Part shown: piece by piece, positions 36,320 to 44,767 of the stretch
Layout of the letters: every line of letters starts with the position of its first letter
Numbering within the stretch: position 1 is the stretch's first letter
IMG/VR virus record: IMGVR_UViG_3300014205_000227
Location: 2,213 to 66,212 of that record
Origin: a virus
Lineage: Duplodnaviria; Caudoviricetes
Direction: 5' to 3' (one strand)
DNA: 64,000 nt
The notes under the pieces: generated by a model
What the model was told of the DNA's origin: nothing
Databases searched by the model: none
What the model saw: the letters and a program-made list of their open reading frames with translations, nothing else
Made by a program: the position numbers and the translations under genes

Positions 36320-36841
36320 CTAGCTCAAGATCGCGTTTTGATCTTGTTTTGAGTGTAAAAGAGTCTTCGCGCTTCGCATCGCATTCCCGGCCAGAATGTC
36401 CGCTCGGTGATTTCCTTTGTGGCCTGAGTGACCTTTCACCTTCATGAACGTGACCATGCGAAATTGAAGAATCATGCGCTGGACCATCGCGACCGCCGCT
36501 AAATTGTCCTTAGCTCGCTTCACTCCGGATAAGACGCCGATCGCATACTCGCTATCGGTATGGATGATGATCGACGTCTTTGGCCGGTAGTCTTTGGGAA
36601 CCGTCGCGAGCGATGCCTTGATCGCGTATAGCTCGGCAAGATTGTTTGTACCGACCTTTGCAATCGGTAGCATTCTCTCGATTCGTTCGAGCGACTGAAC
36701 ATTGATCACGATGGCGCCAACTCCCATAACCTTTGAGATCGTCTGATCGCAAGAGCCATCGCAATAAGCTAGATACTCAAAGTGGGCAGTAGGACCGCCA
36801 GAGTCATGAGCTACCGTTAAGCAAGACGGTTGATCGCTCAT
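36320..36841 (-). CDS. rnhA: Ribonuclease HI
   Basis: YCDGSC, TNNLAELYAI, IHTDSEY and KVKGHSGHKGNHRADILA: all four acidic catalytic motifs. Confidence 0.9.
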   Translation of the reverse strand: MSDQPSCLTVAHDSGGPTAHFEYLAYCDGSCDQTISKVMGVGAIVINVQSLERIERMLPIAKVGTNNLAELYAIKASLATVPKDYRPKTSIIIHTDSEYAIGVLSGVKRAKDNLAAVAMVQRMILQFRMVTFMKVKGHSGHKGNHRADILAGNAMRSAKTLLHSKQDQNAILS

Positions 36842-37623
36842 TAGACCTTGAACCCTGCCAGCGGCTTGGTGATCTTGATGATGCAGGTCTGAACGCCGGT
36901 TCCCGCCTCTTTGAAAGCGCCGGCCTGGTTCATCTGCATTACGTGTTTGTTAGCTTGCAAGAACTTTCGAAGTTCTTTGTACTTGCCGTCTGTTCTGAAA
37001 GTGCAAGCATTCGAGAGAACCGATACGACGATTCCGCCGACCGCGACAAGCTCGCAAGCATGCAAGAAGTGATCGACCTCAGCACCCTTGGCGAAGGGCG
37101 GGTTCATTATGATTCGATCCCAACCGCCGAACTTGAACTGCATAAAGTCGTCGTGGGGAACGTTGAATCCTTTGGCGTCGAGCTTTTTTACGAATCCTTC
37201 GTTCTTCTCGATACAGGTAATCCCAAAGTCGAGATCGTGAGACTTGCGATAGTGCTCGATTCGATCAGCGATATGACCTAGCCCTGCGCTCGGCTCGAGG
37301 ACGTTCGCGACTGAACTGTCGAACTCAGCAAGCTCGCAAAGGTAATCAGCGATATTTGTCGGCGTGTAGAACCACTGATCTTCTTTGATGTCGTTCTTCT
37401 TGCCATCAGACTCAATATAGTTCGCGAGAGTGTCTGTGATATCGAACGGGAAGATATGACCGGTTCCTTTCTTCCACCTGCCTTTCCAGGTCTTGAGAAC
37501 CTTGTCGACCTGATTGTATAGGTCTCTCGGCATGCCGTCGTCGTCTTTGGAGAGCTTGAGAATACAGTCTTCGCCGACGAATGAGATAGTGGCTCTTTTG
37601 AGCACGTTGATTGCTTCTGTCAT
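36841..37623 (-). CDS. N6-adenine-type DNA methyltransferase (gamma order, DarB-like)
   Basis: FYTP, VLEPSAGLG, CIEKN and IIMNPPF. Confidence 0.85.
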   Translation of the reverse strand: MTEAINVLKRATISFVGEDCILKLSKDDDGMPRDLYNQVDKVLKTWKGRWKKGTGHIFPFDITDTLANYIESDGKKNDIKEDQWFYTPTNIADYLCELAEFDSSVANVLEPSAGLGHIADRIEHYRKSHDLDFGITCIEKNEGFVKKLDAKGFNVPHDDFMQFKFGGWDRIIMNPPFAKGAEVDHFLHACELVAVGGIVVSVLSNACTFRTDGKYKELRKFLQANKHVMQMNQAGAFKEAGTGVQTCIIKITKPLAGFKV

Positions 37624-37700
37624 GGTTGTTCCTCAAGTAGCTCGCACTATTCAGAACCTTGCCAGATGACAAACGGTTGATTGAAAAGGCTCGACTACCT

Positions 37701-37770
37701 TGATACATTGTAACATGCACGGGTGTTCAATTCGAGAAAATGCAGAAGATACGAAGGTCTGATGTAGAAT
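37701..37770. promoter_or_regulatory. Divergent promoter region (TACATTGTA bidirectional -10; TAGAAT; operator-like 14-mer)
   Basis: TACATTGTA 37704-37712; AAATGCAGAAGATA 37738-37751; TAGAAT 37765-37770. Confidence 0.45.
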
Positions 37771-37794
37771 CTCAAGTGATACGGAGGAACAGTT

Positions 37795-38232
37795 ATGGAC
37801 CTAAAACTAACAGCTAAAGCAGATGGCTCGATCAAGTTTCGAAACAAAGTGCCCGTCATTCGAAGATGGAAACTCGTATGGGAGTATCGCGAATCCCCTC
37901 CAAAGAGAATCGCTGAATCTCGACAGATCGTTCTACCGATCTTGCGAGACCCGAACGGTGCTCCGATCTTCGTTTCGATTTACACCCTGGATCTTGGCGA
38001 GATCGATGTTCAGATCGCCTTCGAGAAACCAGGCTTCGACGGCGAGTCGCTGATTCTGTCGGTGAACGTCATCGCCTTTGGTGATATGGTGCTCGCTAGA
38101 CAAGAGTTCGACGTAAGCTCGATTCTGGGAGGACTGCCGGCGAGCGGTAAAAAGGTTGTCGAGTGGACAGTTCCGGTCTCTGGACGTGGCGTCGACGTGA
38201 AGTTCGCGTTCACTGCGGAGATCACGAAGTAA
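37795..38232 (+). CDS. Hypothetical beta-rich protein
   Basis: 145 aa; GGAGGAACA RBS. Confidence 0.65.
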   Translation: MDLKLTAKADGSIKFRNKVPVIRRWKLVWEYRESPPKRIAESRQIVLPILRDPNGAPIFVSIYTLDLGEIDVQIAFEKPGFDGESLILSVNVIAFGDMVLARQEFDVSSILGGLPASGKKVVEWTVPVSGRGVDVKFAFTAEITK

Positions 38233-38912
38233 TGAGCGAAGAACTAATTCCCGATATTCAGGGATTTTTACGGGAGGGATTTTTCGAAGCGACTTATCCG
38301 GTCGAGCGTATGGTCCCTTTCCCGGGTAATGCTCGAAAAGGCGACGTCGCAAAGATCGTCGCTTCTATCAAGACAAACGGCTTTTATAAGACCGTCATCA
38401 TCCAAGAGAGCACGAACCATATCCTTGTTGGAAATCACTCGGTTCAAGCGGCGATTGAGTGCGGCTTGCGAGAATTGCCCTGCTACATAATCAACGTAGA
38501 CGATAAGACGGCGAAAGCAATCAACGTGGCAGATAACATCATCGGTGACTCAGGCACCTACGATTACAAGCTCTTACTCAGCCAAGTCGACGAACTCCAT
38601 GCTGAGAACGTCGACCTCAGTGGCCTCGGAATTGGCGAGAGCGAACTCGACACTTTTATCGAGCAAGCCAAGGCTAACGAGATCAATGACCTGAGCTTCT
38701 TGGGCGATAGCTTGAGCTTGACAACGCCCCCACCGAACCCGGCCAAACCTGGGACGGTGACGAACTTTGTCAGGCTGGGCTTTTCTTGCACGTCTGCTGA
38801 TCGTGACGCGATCATCAAGAAGGTGAACGATGCCAAGACTCAGTACGCTCTCAATTCGCAGTTCGAAGCTCTCATGAAGCTTCTCGGTTTAGATATGGCG
38901 GTGCAATCATAA
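38232..38912 (+). CDS. ParB/sulfiredoxin-fold N-terminal domain protein
   Basis: PFPGNARKGDV...SIKTNGF...ILVGNHSVQAA...AINVADN; TAATG overlap. Confidence 0.8.
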   Translation: MSEELIPDIQGFLREGFFEATYPVERMVPFPGNARKGDVAKIVASIKTNGFYKTVIIQESTNHILVGNHSVQAAIECGLRELPCYIINVDDKTAKAINVADNIIGDSGTYDYKLLLSQVDELHAENVDLSGLGIGESELDTFIEQAKANEINDLSFLGDSLSLTTPPPNPAKPGTVTNFVRLGFSCTSADRDAIIKKVNDAKTQYALNSQFEALMKLLGLDMAVQS

Positions 38913-38917
38913 GCGCG

Positions 38918-39703
38918 TTGTTTAAGACTTTCGACCTCAAAGGAACCGGACCCGTTATTGATCTTTCTGATGATCAGTATCCTACCAAGGTTCATATTTG
39001 CCAGCACGTCTTCGAAGGGCATCCGGAGTCGACGTACTACGGAATGATTACTGATGGTCGAGCTAGGCTGATCGACGTCGCTTCTCAAAACGAGTCCATC
39101 CTTCGAGCGGGAATGGTCTTTAGAATGGCTGGACCCATGGTCCTCAATGCTTCTGGCGGAACCGCTATGATCGTTGAGAGAATGCACTTCAAAGGCTATC
39201 CCACAATCGCGGGACCGCTTGAAGAGACAGGTCGACTCAAGTACGTGAACGGATGCACTGATTCTCTGATCATCCCGAATGAGAAGAAGGGCGATCCATG
39301 CTTGAACCATCTGCATATTCCGGCCGGAATTGACCAGACGTTCCATGATCATCCTTCGAGCCGCATTGGAGTGATCTTCAAGGGCGCCGGCGTCTGCTTG
39401 ACTCCTACTGATGGTTTCGATCTCAACGCGATGGTTCCGCTTCCGTTCGCAGACGTCGAAGATCGAGCGATCAACCCTAAGTCGGTTGTTGGCTGGGACC
39501 GTCATGAGCTTGAAGAGGGAATGGGCTGGTATATCCCGACAGGTCTGCTTCACTCATTCCACACAGAAGAGAAAGCTCTCGACGTTCTAGCGTGGCACCC
39601 TGAGACCGAATCAGGTCCAACCGACGAAGATCATCCTATGTCGAATAGAACGATGATCAATGACGTTCCTGCTTCTCAGATCGACTCGATTCGAACTAGA
39701 TGA
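38918..39703 (+). CDS. Cupin-superfamily metalloprotein
   Basis: QTFHDHPSSRIGVIFKGAG and YIPTGLLHSFHT metal-binding motifs. Confidence 0.75.
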   Translation: MFKTFDLKGTGPVIDLSDDQYPTKVHICQHVFEGHPESTYYGMITDGRARLIDVASQNESILRAGMVFRMAGPMVLNASGGTAMIVERMHFKGYPTIAGPLEETGRLKYVNGCTDSLIIPNEKKGDPCLNHLHIPAGIDQTFHDHPSSRIGVIFKGAGVCLTPTDGFDLNAMVPLPFADVEDRAINPKSVVGWDRHELEEGMGWYIPTGLLHSFHTEEKALDVLAWHPETESGPTDEDHPMSNRTMINDVPASQIDSIRTR

Positions 39704-40482
39704 GTCTCGGTCGAAAGCAGACATCAAGTAACGAGCACTTCGTCGAAGTCGCGGCTAACATCGAAAAGTATGTTAGCCGCGTTCATGCTTTTCGCAAGGT
39801 CGAGCAAGCGGTCGAGCGAATCAAACTCACTCAGCTTGACGATGCGGCTTATGCTTGGTCAGGTGGCAAAGACTCAATCGCTCTTCAAGTCGTCTGTCAG
39901 CAAGCCGGAATCAAGCGATGCGTTCTCGCTATTACCCGTCTGGAGTATCCAGCTTTCCTTGAGTGGGTCACAAACAATATGCCGGAAGGATTGACCGTCA
40001 TCAATACCGGCCAAGACTTAGACTGGCTTCGCTCGAACCTGCATATGCTGTTCCCGCAAGATGCTCAGACCGCGGCTAAATGGTTCTCAGCGGTTCAGCA
40101 CAAAGCCCAAGATCAATACTTCAAACAAGAGAAGCTGTCGAAGATTTTCTTAGGTCGACGTCGCGCTGATGGAAACTATATCGGCAAGCCTGGAGAGTTC
40201 TCTTACTACAAGAACGGAATACTCCGGATAAGTCCAATCTGGGACTGGACGCACGAAGAAGTCATCGCAGTGAACCACTATTTCAGCATGCCGGTTCCGC
40301 CGATCTATGCTTGGCCTAACGGGTTCATTGTGGGCACTGGATCATGGGCGGCAAGGCAGTACACCGGATCGATTGAGAACGGCTGGAAGCAGGTCTATTC
40401 AATCGATCCAAGCGTCGTCAGATATGCGGCTACCAAGCTCGCTTCGGCTGAGTCTTTTCTGGCAACGGTCGAAAGCTCATAG
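39700..40482 (+). CDS. PAPS-reductase-family PP-loop ATPase
   Basis: AWSGGKDS, FLGRRRADG and SPIWDWTHEEV. Confidence 0.85.
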   Translation: MSLGRKQTSSNEHFVEVAANIEKYVSRVHAFRKVEQAVERIKLTQLDDAAYAWSGGKDSIALQVVCQQAGIKRCVLAITRLEYPAFLEWVTNNMPEGLTVINTGQDLDWLRSNLHMLFPQDAQTAAKWFSAVQHKAQDQYFKQEKLSKIFLGRRRADGNYIGKPGEFSYYKNGILRISPIWDWTHEEVIAVNHYFSMPVPPIYAWPNGFIVGTGSWAARQYTGSIENGWKQVYSIDPSVVRYAATKLASAESFLATVESS

Positions 40483-41086
40483 CCCACTCGCTCAGAGAAG
40501 CGATTCGAATCCCCGCTTCGAACTGGGTGCAAATGTCGTTCACTCGATACGAACCGAAGTAGAAGCCGTTCTCCATCGCTAGGAACCAGAGAGGTAGCTC
40601 TCGACGTGCGATGATCAAGTGATCTCGAAGCAGAATCGCGCAGGCGATCGGCGCATCGCGGTCAACCATCTGCAAAGCTTCGACGCATCGCTCGACGGTC
40701 GGTTCGTGGCTGATAAACATCGCGAGAGCTTGAGAGTCGGTTCCTTCGAATTCTGGACTAACGAGATCCCGGAAGTTTGGAATCGTTCCGTTGTGAACTA
40801 GGGCGTAGCCGTTACCCCAAATAGGATGCGCTTCGTCGATGTTTTCGTGATCTCCCATGGTGGCAAGTCGAGCGTGGCCTATCACCGCGGCAGGCTCGCC
40901 GACATGCAAAAGCAAGTCGTCGACCGTCAAGCGTCTCGACTTATGGGTCATGATCTTTTGATCTTTGCCGTGGCCTATGTAAGCGATACCGTTTGTATCT
41001 GGCCCACGTCTTGAAGCTTCTTTGCCAAAGATCGAGAGAAGGTCGAGTTCGAGTTCGGTTCCCTTGTAACCGTAAATTCCGCACAT
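40430..41086 (-). CDS. Class II (Ntn) glutamine amidotransferase
   Basis: M-CGIYG N-terminal Cys, RRGPD, GHARLAT, AHPI, HNGTI and TDS. Confidence 0.85.
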   Translation of the reverse strand: MCGIYGYKGTELELDLLSIFGKEASRRGPDTNGIAYIGHGKDQKIMTHKSRRLTVDDLLLHVGEPAAVIGHARLATMGDHENIDEAHPIWGNGYALVHNGTIPNFRDLVSPEFEGTDSQALAMFISHEPTVERCVEALQMVDRDAPIACAILLRDHLIIARRELPLWFLAMENGFYFGSYRVNDICTQFEAGIRIASLSEWAMSFRPLPEKTQPKRAW

Positions 41087-41095
41087 AATCAGATC

Positions 41096-42232
41096 ATGCC
41101 TCAAGCGGAAACGAAATTAGCGGTCTGTTACTCAAAACAGTATGTCGAGAAGAACTGTCTCGAAATGGCGCAGGAACGTATCTCGCATGCGTTCGATATC
41201 TGCGATGACATCAGCGTCATGTTCTCAGGCGGCAAAGACTCGACCGTCGTTCTGAACCTTGCTCTCGAAGAGGCTCGAAAGCGAGGGAAGCTTCCGCTCG
41301 AAGTTGTCTTTTTTGACGAAGAGTGCATAAGCCCAGATACGGTCGACTACGTTCGAAGAGTAAGCGAGCTTCCCGACGTCGACTTCAAATGGCTCTGCCT
41401 GCCGGTCAAGCATCGAAACGGCTGTTCGCGTAAGGTTCCGTTCTGGTATCCCTGGGACCCCGCAAAGCGCGATCTCTGGGTAAGAGAGCTTCCAGACGAA
41501 GCAATCACAGAGCTTGCCGGATTAAATGGACACACGATCCCCGAAAGCAATCATCTGTTCTATATCCCAAACGGCCGCAAGACAGGGGTTCTCTTTGGCA
41601 TTCGAGCAGACGAGAGTATCACTCGACTTCGAAGCGTTACCAAGAAAGCCGAAGACAACTATATCACCTATGACGAAGCCGATCACTGGATCAAGATCAA
41701 GCCGATTTACGACTGGACTTCTCAAGACGTATGGCTCGCGCCTCATGAATTCGGATGGGACTACAACCGAACATACGATCTCTATAATCAGCTAGGCATT
41801 CCTATTCAAGCTCAGCGAGTCGCGCCTCCGTTTGGCGAAGAGCCGATGCAGTTGCTTTGGATGTGGCAGAAGTCTTACCCTGATCTTTGGGACAAGATGT
41901 CTCTCAGGGTCGAGGGAGCGAGAGCCGGTGCTCGCTACTCAAAGACTGAGGCTTTCGGGTTCGGTCGACGTGGCTGTCTGCCTGGTATGGACTGGAAAGA
42001 CATGGCGATGATGTACTATTCGCGCTGGGGCAAAGAAGGTCAAGCGATCATCGCGGAACGCTTTACGCAAGAGGTAGCTCTTCACACTAAGAGAACCAAA
42101 GGTCGAGCGGTTCCGATGGAAGAACCCGACCCTATCAGCGGTCTTTCGTGGAAGTTTCTTTGCCAGATCGCTCAACGTGGCGACTTCAAAGGTCGCAAGC
42201 AACTTCCAAAGGGAGTAAACCGAGGAACATGA
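41096..42232 (+). CDS. PAPS-reductase-family / DUF3440 protein (IbrA/YbdN-like)
   Basis: MFSGGKDS, FFDEE, GIRADES, KPIYDW, QRVAPPFGEEP and RVEGA. Confidence 0.85.
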   Translation: MPQAETKLAVCYSKQYVEKNCLEMAQERISHAFDICDDISVMFSGGKDSTVVLNLALEEARKRGKLPLEVVFFDEECISPDTVDYVRRVSELPDVDFKWLCLPVKHRNGCSRKVPFWYPWDPAKRDLWVRELPDEAITELAGLNGHTIPESNHLFYIPNGRKTGVLFGIRADESITRLRSVTKKAEDNYITYDEADHWIKIKPIYDWTSQDVWLAPHEFGWDYNRTYDLYNQLGIPIQAQRVAPPFGEEPMQLLWMWQKSYPDLWDKMSLRVEGARAGARYSKTEAFGFGRRGCLPGMDWKDMAMMYYSRWGKEGQAIIAERFTQEVALHTKRTKGRAVPMEEPDPISGLSWKFLCQIAQRGDFKGRKQLPKGVNRGT

Positions 42233-42813
42233 TTGAAGTAAATCTCGAAACCGTACCGGCAAACATCAAGGAATCGATTGAGAATGCCCCTATCTCTCGC
42301 GTCGTATGGCTCGACCGCTCGCAACTCTTCGCCAACGATTACAACCCAAACCATCAAGCGCCGACCGAGAGCAACCTGCTTACTCAGTCGATCTTCGAGG
42401 ACCTTTGGACACAGCCGATCGTCATTCGAACGACAGGCGAAATCGTCGACGGCTTCCACCGGTTCAATATCTCGACCCGTCCAGAGATACAAGCTCTCTT
42501 TGGTGAATTCGTGCCCTGCGTCGTCTTGCCAGACGCGAAAGACCGGGCTTCTCAGATGCTCTCGACCATCAGACATAACCGGGCTCGAGGCGTTCACGCA
42601 ATCCGGCCAATGGCGGCGATTGTGAAAGACCTGATGGACAATCACGAAATCACAGAAGAGGACTTGAAGGTTCGATGCGGAATGGACGAAGAAGAGATCG
42701 AGCGACTGTATGACACGATGGGTCATCCAGAGCGTGTCGGCGGTTCTCACGGTAGCTTCTCGAAGGGCTGGAAACCTGGCGAGCGGCAAGAGTTCAGAAT
42801 CGACGATAAATAA
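42229..42813 (+). CDS. ParB-like protein (IbrB/YbdM-like)
   Basis: ANDYNPN, WTQPIV, IVDGFHR and STIRHNRARGVH. Confidence 0.85.
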   Translation: MIEVNLETVPANIKESIENAPISRVVWLDRSQLFANDYNPNHQAPTESNLLTQSIFEDLWTQPIVIRTTGEIVDGFHRFNISTRPEIQALFGEFVPCVVLPDAKDRASQMLSTIRHNRARGVHAIRPMAAIVKDLMDNHEITEEDLKVRCGMDEEEIERLYDTMGHPERVGGSHGSFSKGWKPGERQEFRIDDK

Positions 42814-42829
42814 ATTCTGAAAATATAAC

Positions 42830-42858
42830 TTGCGTTGTTCTCCCAAGCATGGTACATT
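42830..42858 (+). promoter_or_regulatory. Sigma70-type early promoter TTGCGT-N17-TACATT (with TG)
   Basis: Exact 17-bp spacing, AT-rich upstream element, GAGGAACA RBS downstream. Confidence 0.7.
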
Positions 42859-42877
42859 GTGTAAGAGGAACAACGAA

Positions 42878-43132
42878 ATGAGTATAAGCTTCAAGCGAAA
42901 TTGGTCTCACAGATTCTTTCAAGATCGACCGTCTGTCTCATGTAGAAAAGAGAATGGCGAATCTTGCGGACGTGGGGCCTTTCTTGTCAACCATCTAAGC
43001 CACATTCAAGGACCGATCTGGGAATGCCAATGTTGCGGAAGCATCGAGAGAGCAACCCAGGAAGAGATCGCTTGGTTTAAGAAGGTCGGTCCATCTGTGA
43101 ATTGCTTCGGCGAAGGGGCGATTCCAGCATGA
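42878..43132 (+). CDS. Small Cys-rich (zinc-binding) early protein
   Basis: 84 aa; WECQCCG. Confidence 0.6.
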   Translation: MSISFKRNWSHRFFQDRPSVSCRKENGESCGRGAFLVNHLSHIQGPIWECQCCGSIERATQEEIAWFKKVGPSVNCFGEGAIPA

Positions 43133-43224
43133 GAATCAACCGCCTCGACGTAGTGACAGCTTTGGCGATCTTCGGAGTCGCCATTTTCATTCTTGGGATG
43201 ATCAAGTACGGGTGGTTCTTGTGA
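43129..43224 (+). CDS. 31-aa single-TM peptide (not in ORF track)
   Basis: MRINRLDVVTALAIFGVAIFILGMIKYGWFL; ATGA and GTGA overlaps on both sides. Confidence 0.6.
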   Translation: MRINRLDVVTALAIFGVAIFILGMIKYGWFL

Positions 43225-43535
43225 ACAAAGCCAAGATCATTCTCAACAATTTGACCGGCTATAAGCCCTTCCTCGCTTATCAGCCTCTTCGAGCTTTCGT
43301 TCTTTACGCTTTCTACCGACAAGGTAAGCGCGTCGTCGCTACCCGGTGGTACGCGGGAGATCGCTACTTTCTTCTTGAGCACGTCGACCCGGCAGGATGG
43401 CAATCGGGACTGGTCTATTTTCGTTGGTTCAATGAGAATGGTCGAGCGGTTTCGAAGATGTATAGCCCTCGCGATGCGGCTGAGAGATCGTTCGGTGTTT
43501 GGCTTCCGGAGGAAAACTATGCAACTCAATCTTGA
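43221..43535 (+). CDS. Hypothetical protein
   Basis: GTG coupled to upstream stop. Confidence 0.55.
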   Translation: MNKAKIILNNLTGYKPFLAYQPLRAFVLYAFYRQGKRVVATRWYAGDRYFLLEHVDPAGWQSGLVYFRWFNENGRAVSKMYSPRDAAERSFGVWLPEENYATQS

Positions 43536-43917
43536 TGACTACACTCCCCGCAAAGAGCAAAGGATAAGGTTGCTCGAAGATTTGTTTTACGGCGATCCAT
43601 CTATTCCAGGTCATGAGAAAAACGTGGTCCGAAAGGGTCGAGTGTTTGGCGTTGAAAAGCGTGGCGAACATTTTGTAGTTCCAGGTTGGGGATACATGAG
43701 TAAGCCGATCATCGTTGATTGTGCTTTCGAGCTTTTCGAGATTGAATACGATCCGCTTATTGAGCTAGTCGACGACTTCGATATCATCAGCTTTATCGAG
43801 TACGACGAAGATGGAGCTTCTTTGTCATCAGAGGTAAAAGCTGAGATCGCTTCAAGCATTCGAGAACTGATTACTCAAGCAGAAGCAAGAGGCCAATCCA
43901 AGGGTTCGGGTTCTTGA
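43519..43917 (+). CDS. Hypothetical acidic protein
   Basis: GGAGG RBS before ATG 43519. Confidence 0.6.
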   Translation: MQLNLDDYTPRKEQRIRLLEDLFYGDPSIPGHEKNVVRKGRVFGVEKRGEHFVVPGWGYMSKPIIVDCAFELFEIEYDPLIELVDDFDIISFIEYDEDGASLSSEVKAEIASSIRELITQAEARGQSKGSGS

Positions 43918-44207
43918 TGGAATACTTTTACGTAACTCCAGAGCGAATGGGCGAACTCTGTGAGATCGGCTTCGGTTGCCAGTGCGCTCGCTTAGGTAAC
44001 GCGGCGCCATGTGGCTTTTGCACGACGCTCACAGAAGAAGAGATCGACGCTTACACCGCTGGAAAGATGTTTCTCGGTGGCGAGCCGCATCCATTTTCTA
44101 AGCAGGGCTGGGACCGAATTCTATCGAGTCTCCCCAAGTTCGAGAGAACAAATACTGTCGCTTGCCGAGGCGTTAAGGTTGATCGGCTAAGAGTAATAGA
44201 TGGGTAA
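43917..44207 (+). CDS. Hypothetical Cys-containing protein
   Basis: TGATG overlap; CQC...PCGFC. Confidence 0.55.
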   Translation: MEYFYVTPERMGELCEIGFGCQCARLGNAAPCGFCTTLTEEEIDAYTAGKMFLGGEPHPFSKQGWDRILSSLPKFERTNTVACRGVKVDRLRVIDG

Positions 44208-44517
44208 ATACAAAGGAAATCCCGAAGCAGTTCGTCGCGAGATCGACGCTCTCAAGAAAGCTTGCGATCAAGCCAAATTGAGCTACTGGGTTCTCGTTTT
44301 CAAAGCAGAAGCAGACGGTAACGATATGCGGCTGATCATGGATATTGAAGAGCCACACAAAGCACTAGGGCTTGCTGTCGGAAAGTTCTGTCATAGGCAC
44401 CGAGTCAACGTGAACGCTTTTCTAACGAGCTTCTGCGCTCACGCTTTGGCTACTTACGAGGGTGAAGTCAAAGAGAAAGCTCAAGAGTCGAAAGACGCTT
44501 CAATCCATAACAACTGA
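44200..44517 (+). CDS. Hypothetical protein
   Basis: 105 aa in operon. Confidence 0.55.
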   Translation: MGKYKGNPEAVRREIDALKKACDQAKLSYWVLVFKAEADGNDMRLIMDIEEPHKALGLAVGKFCHRHRVNVNAFLTSFCAHALATYEGEVKEKAQESKDASIHNN

Positions 44518-44524
44518 GGAACAT

Positions 44525-44767
44525 ATGAACCAAGAAACAATCGACGCGGCTGTCAAGTGCGCGGCTTCAATCATCAGCGCGAGAACGGCTTGCGCTCTCG
44601 CTGATATCGAGGCTATGAAAGCTGAGAACCACAATCGAGCAAACAACGGCTATTCGCTCGCCTACGGTGAAGAGGCTTTTCAGAAAGTCGTCATCGAGCA
44701 TCGGATCGGAAACAACGATATCCAAGAGTTACTGAACGAAGCCGCATGCGGGAGAGTGTTCGCATGA
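44525..44767 (+). CDS. Conserved small phage protein
   Basis: GAGGAACA RBS; EAMKAENHNR...SLAYGEEAF motif. Confidence 0.65.
   Translation: MNQETIDAAVKCAASIISARTACALADIEAMKAENHNRANNGYSLAYGEEAFQKVVIEHRIGNNDIQELLNEAACGRVFA

Noticed and set aside
39700-42232. cysH-type auxiliary sulfur-assimilation genes
   Set aside because: No other cys genes, no APS-reductase Fe-S motif, and the ParB/DUF3440 context points to nucleic-acid chemistry
38232-42813. 7-deazaguanine or Dnd/Ssp phosphorothioate pathway as such
   Set aside because: No recognisable DpdA, QueD, QueE, FolE or cysteine desulfurase; only the PP-loop fold is shared
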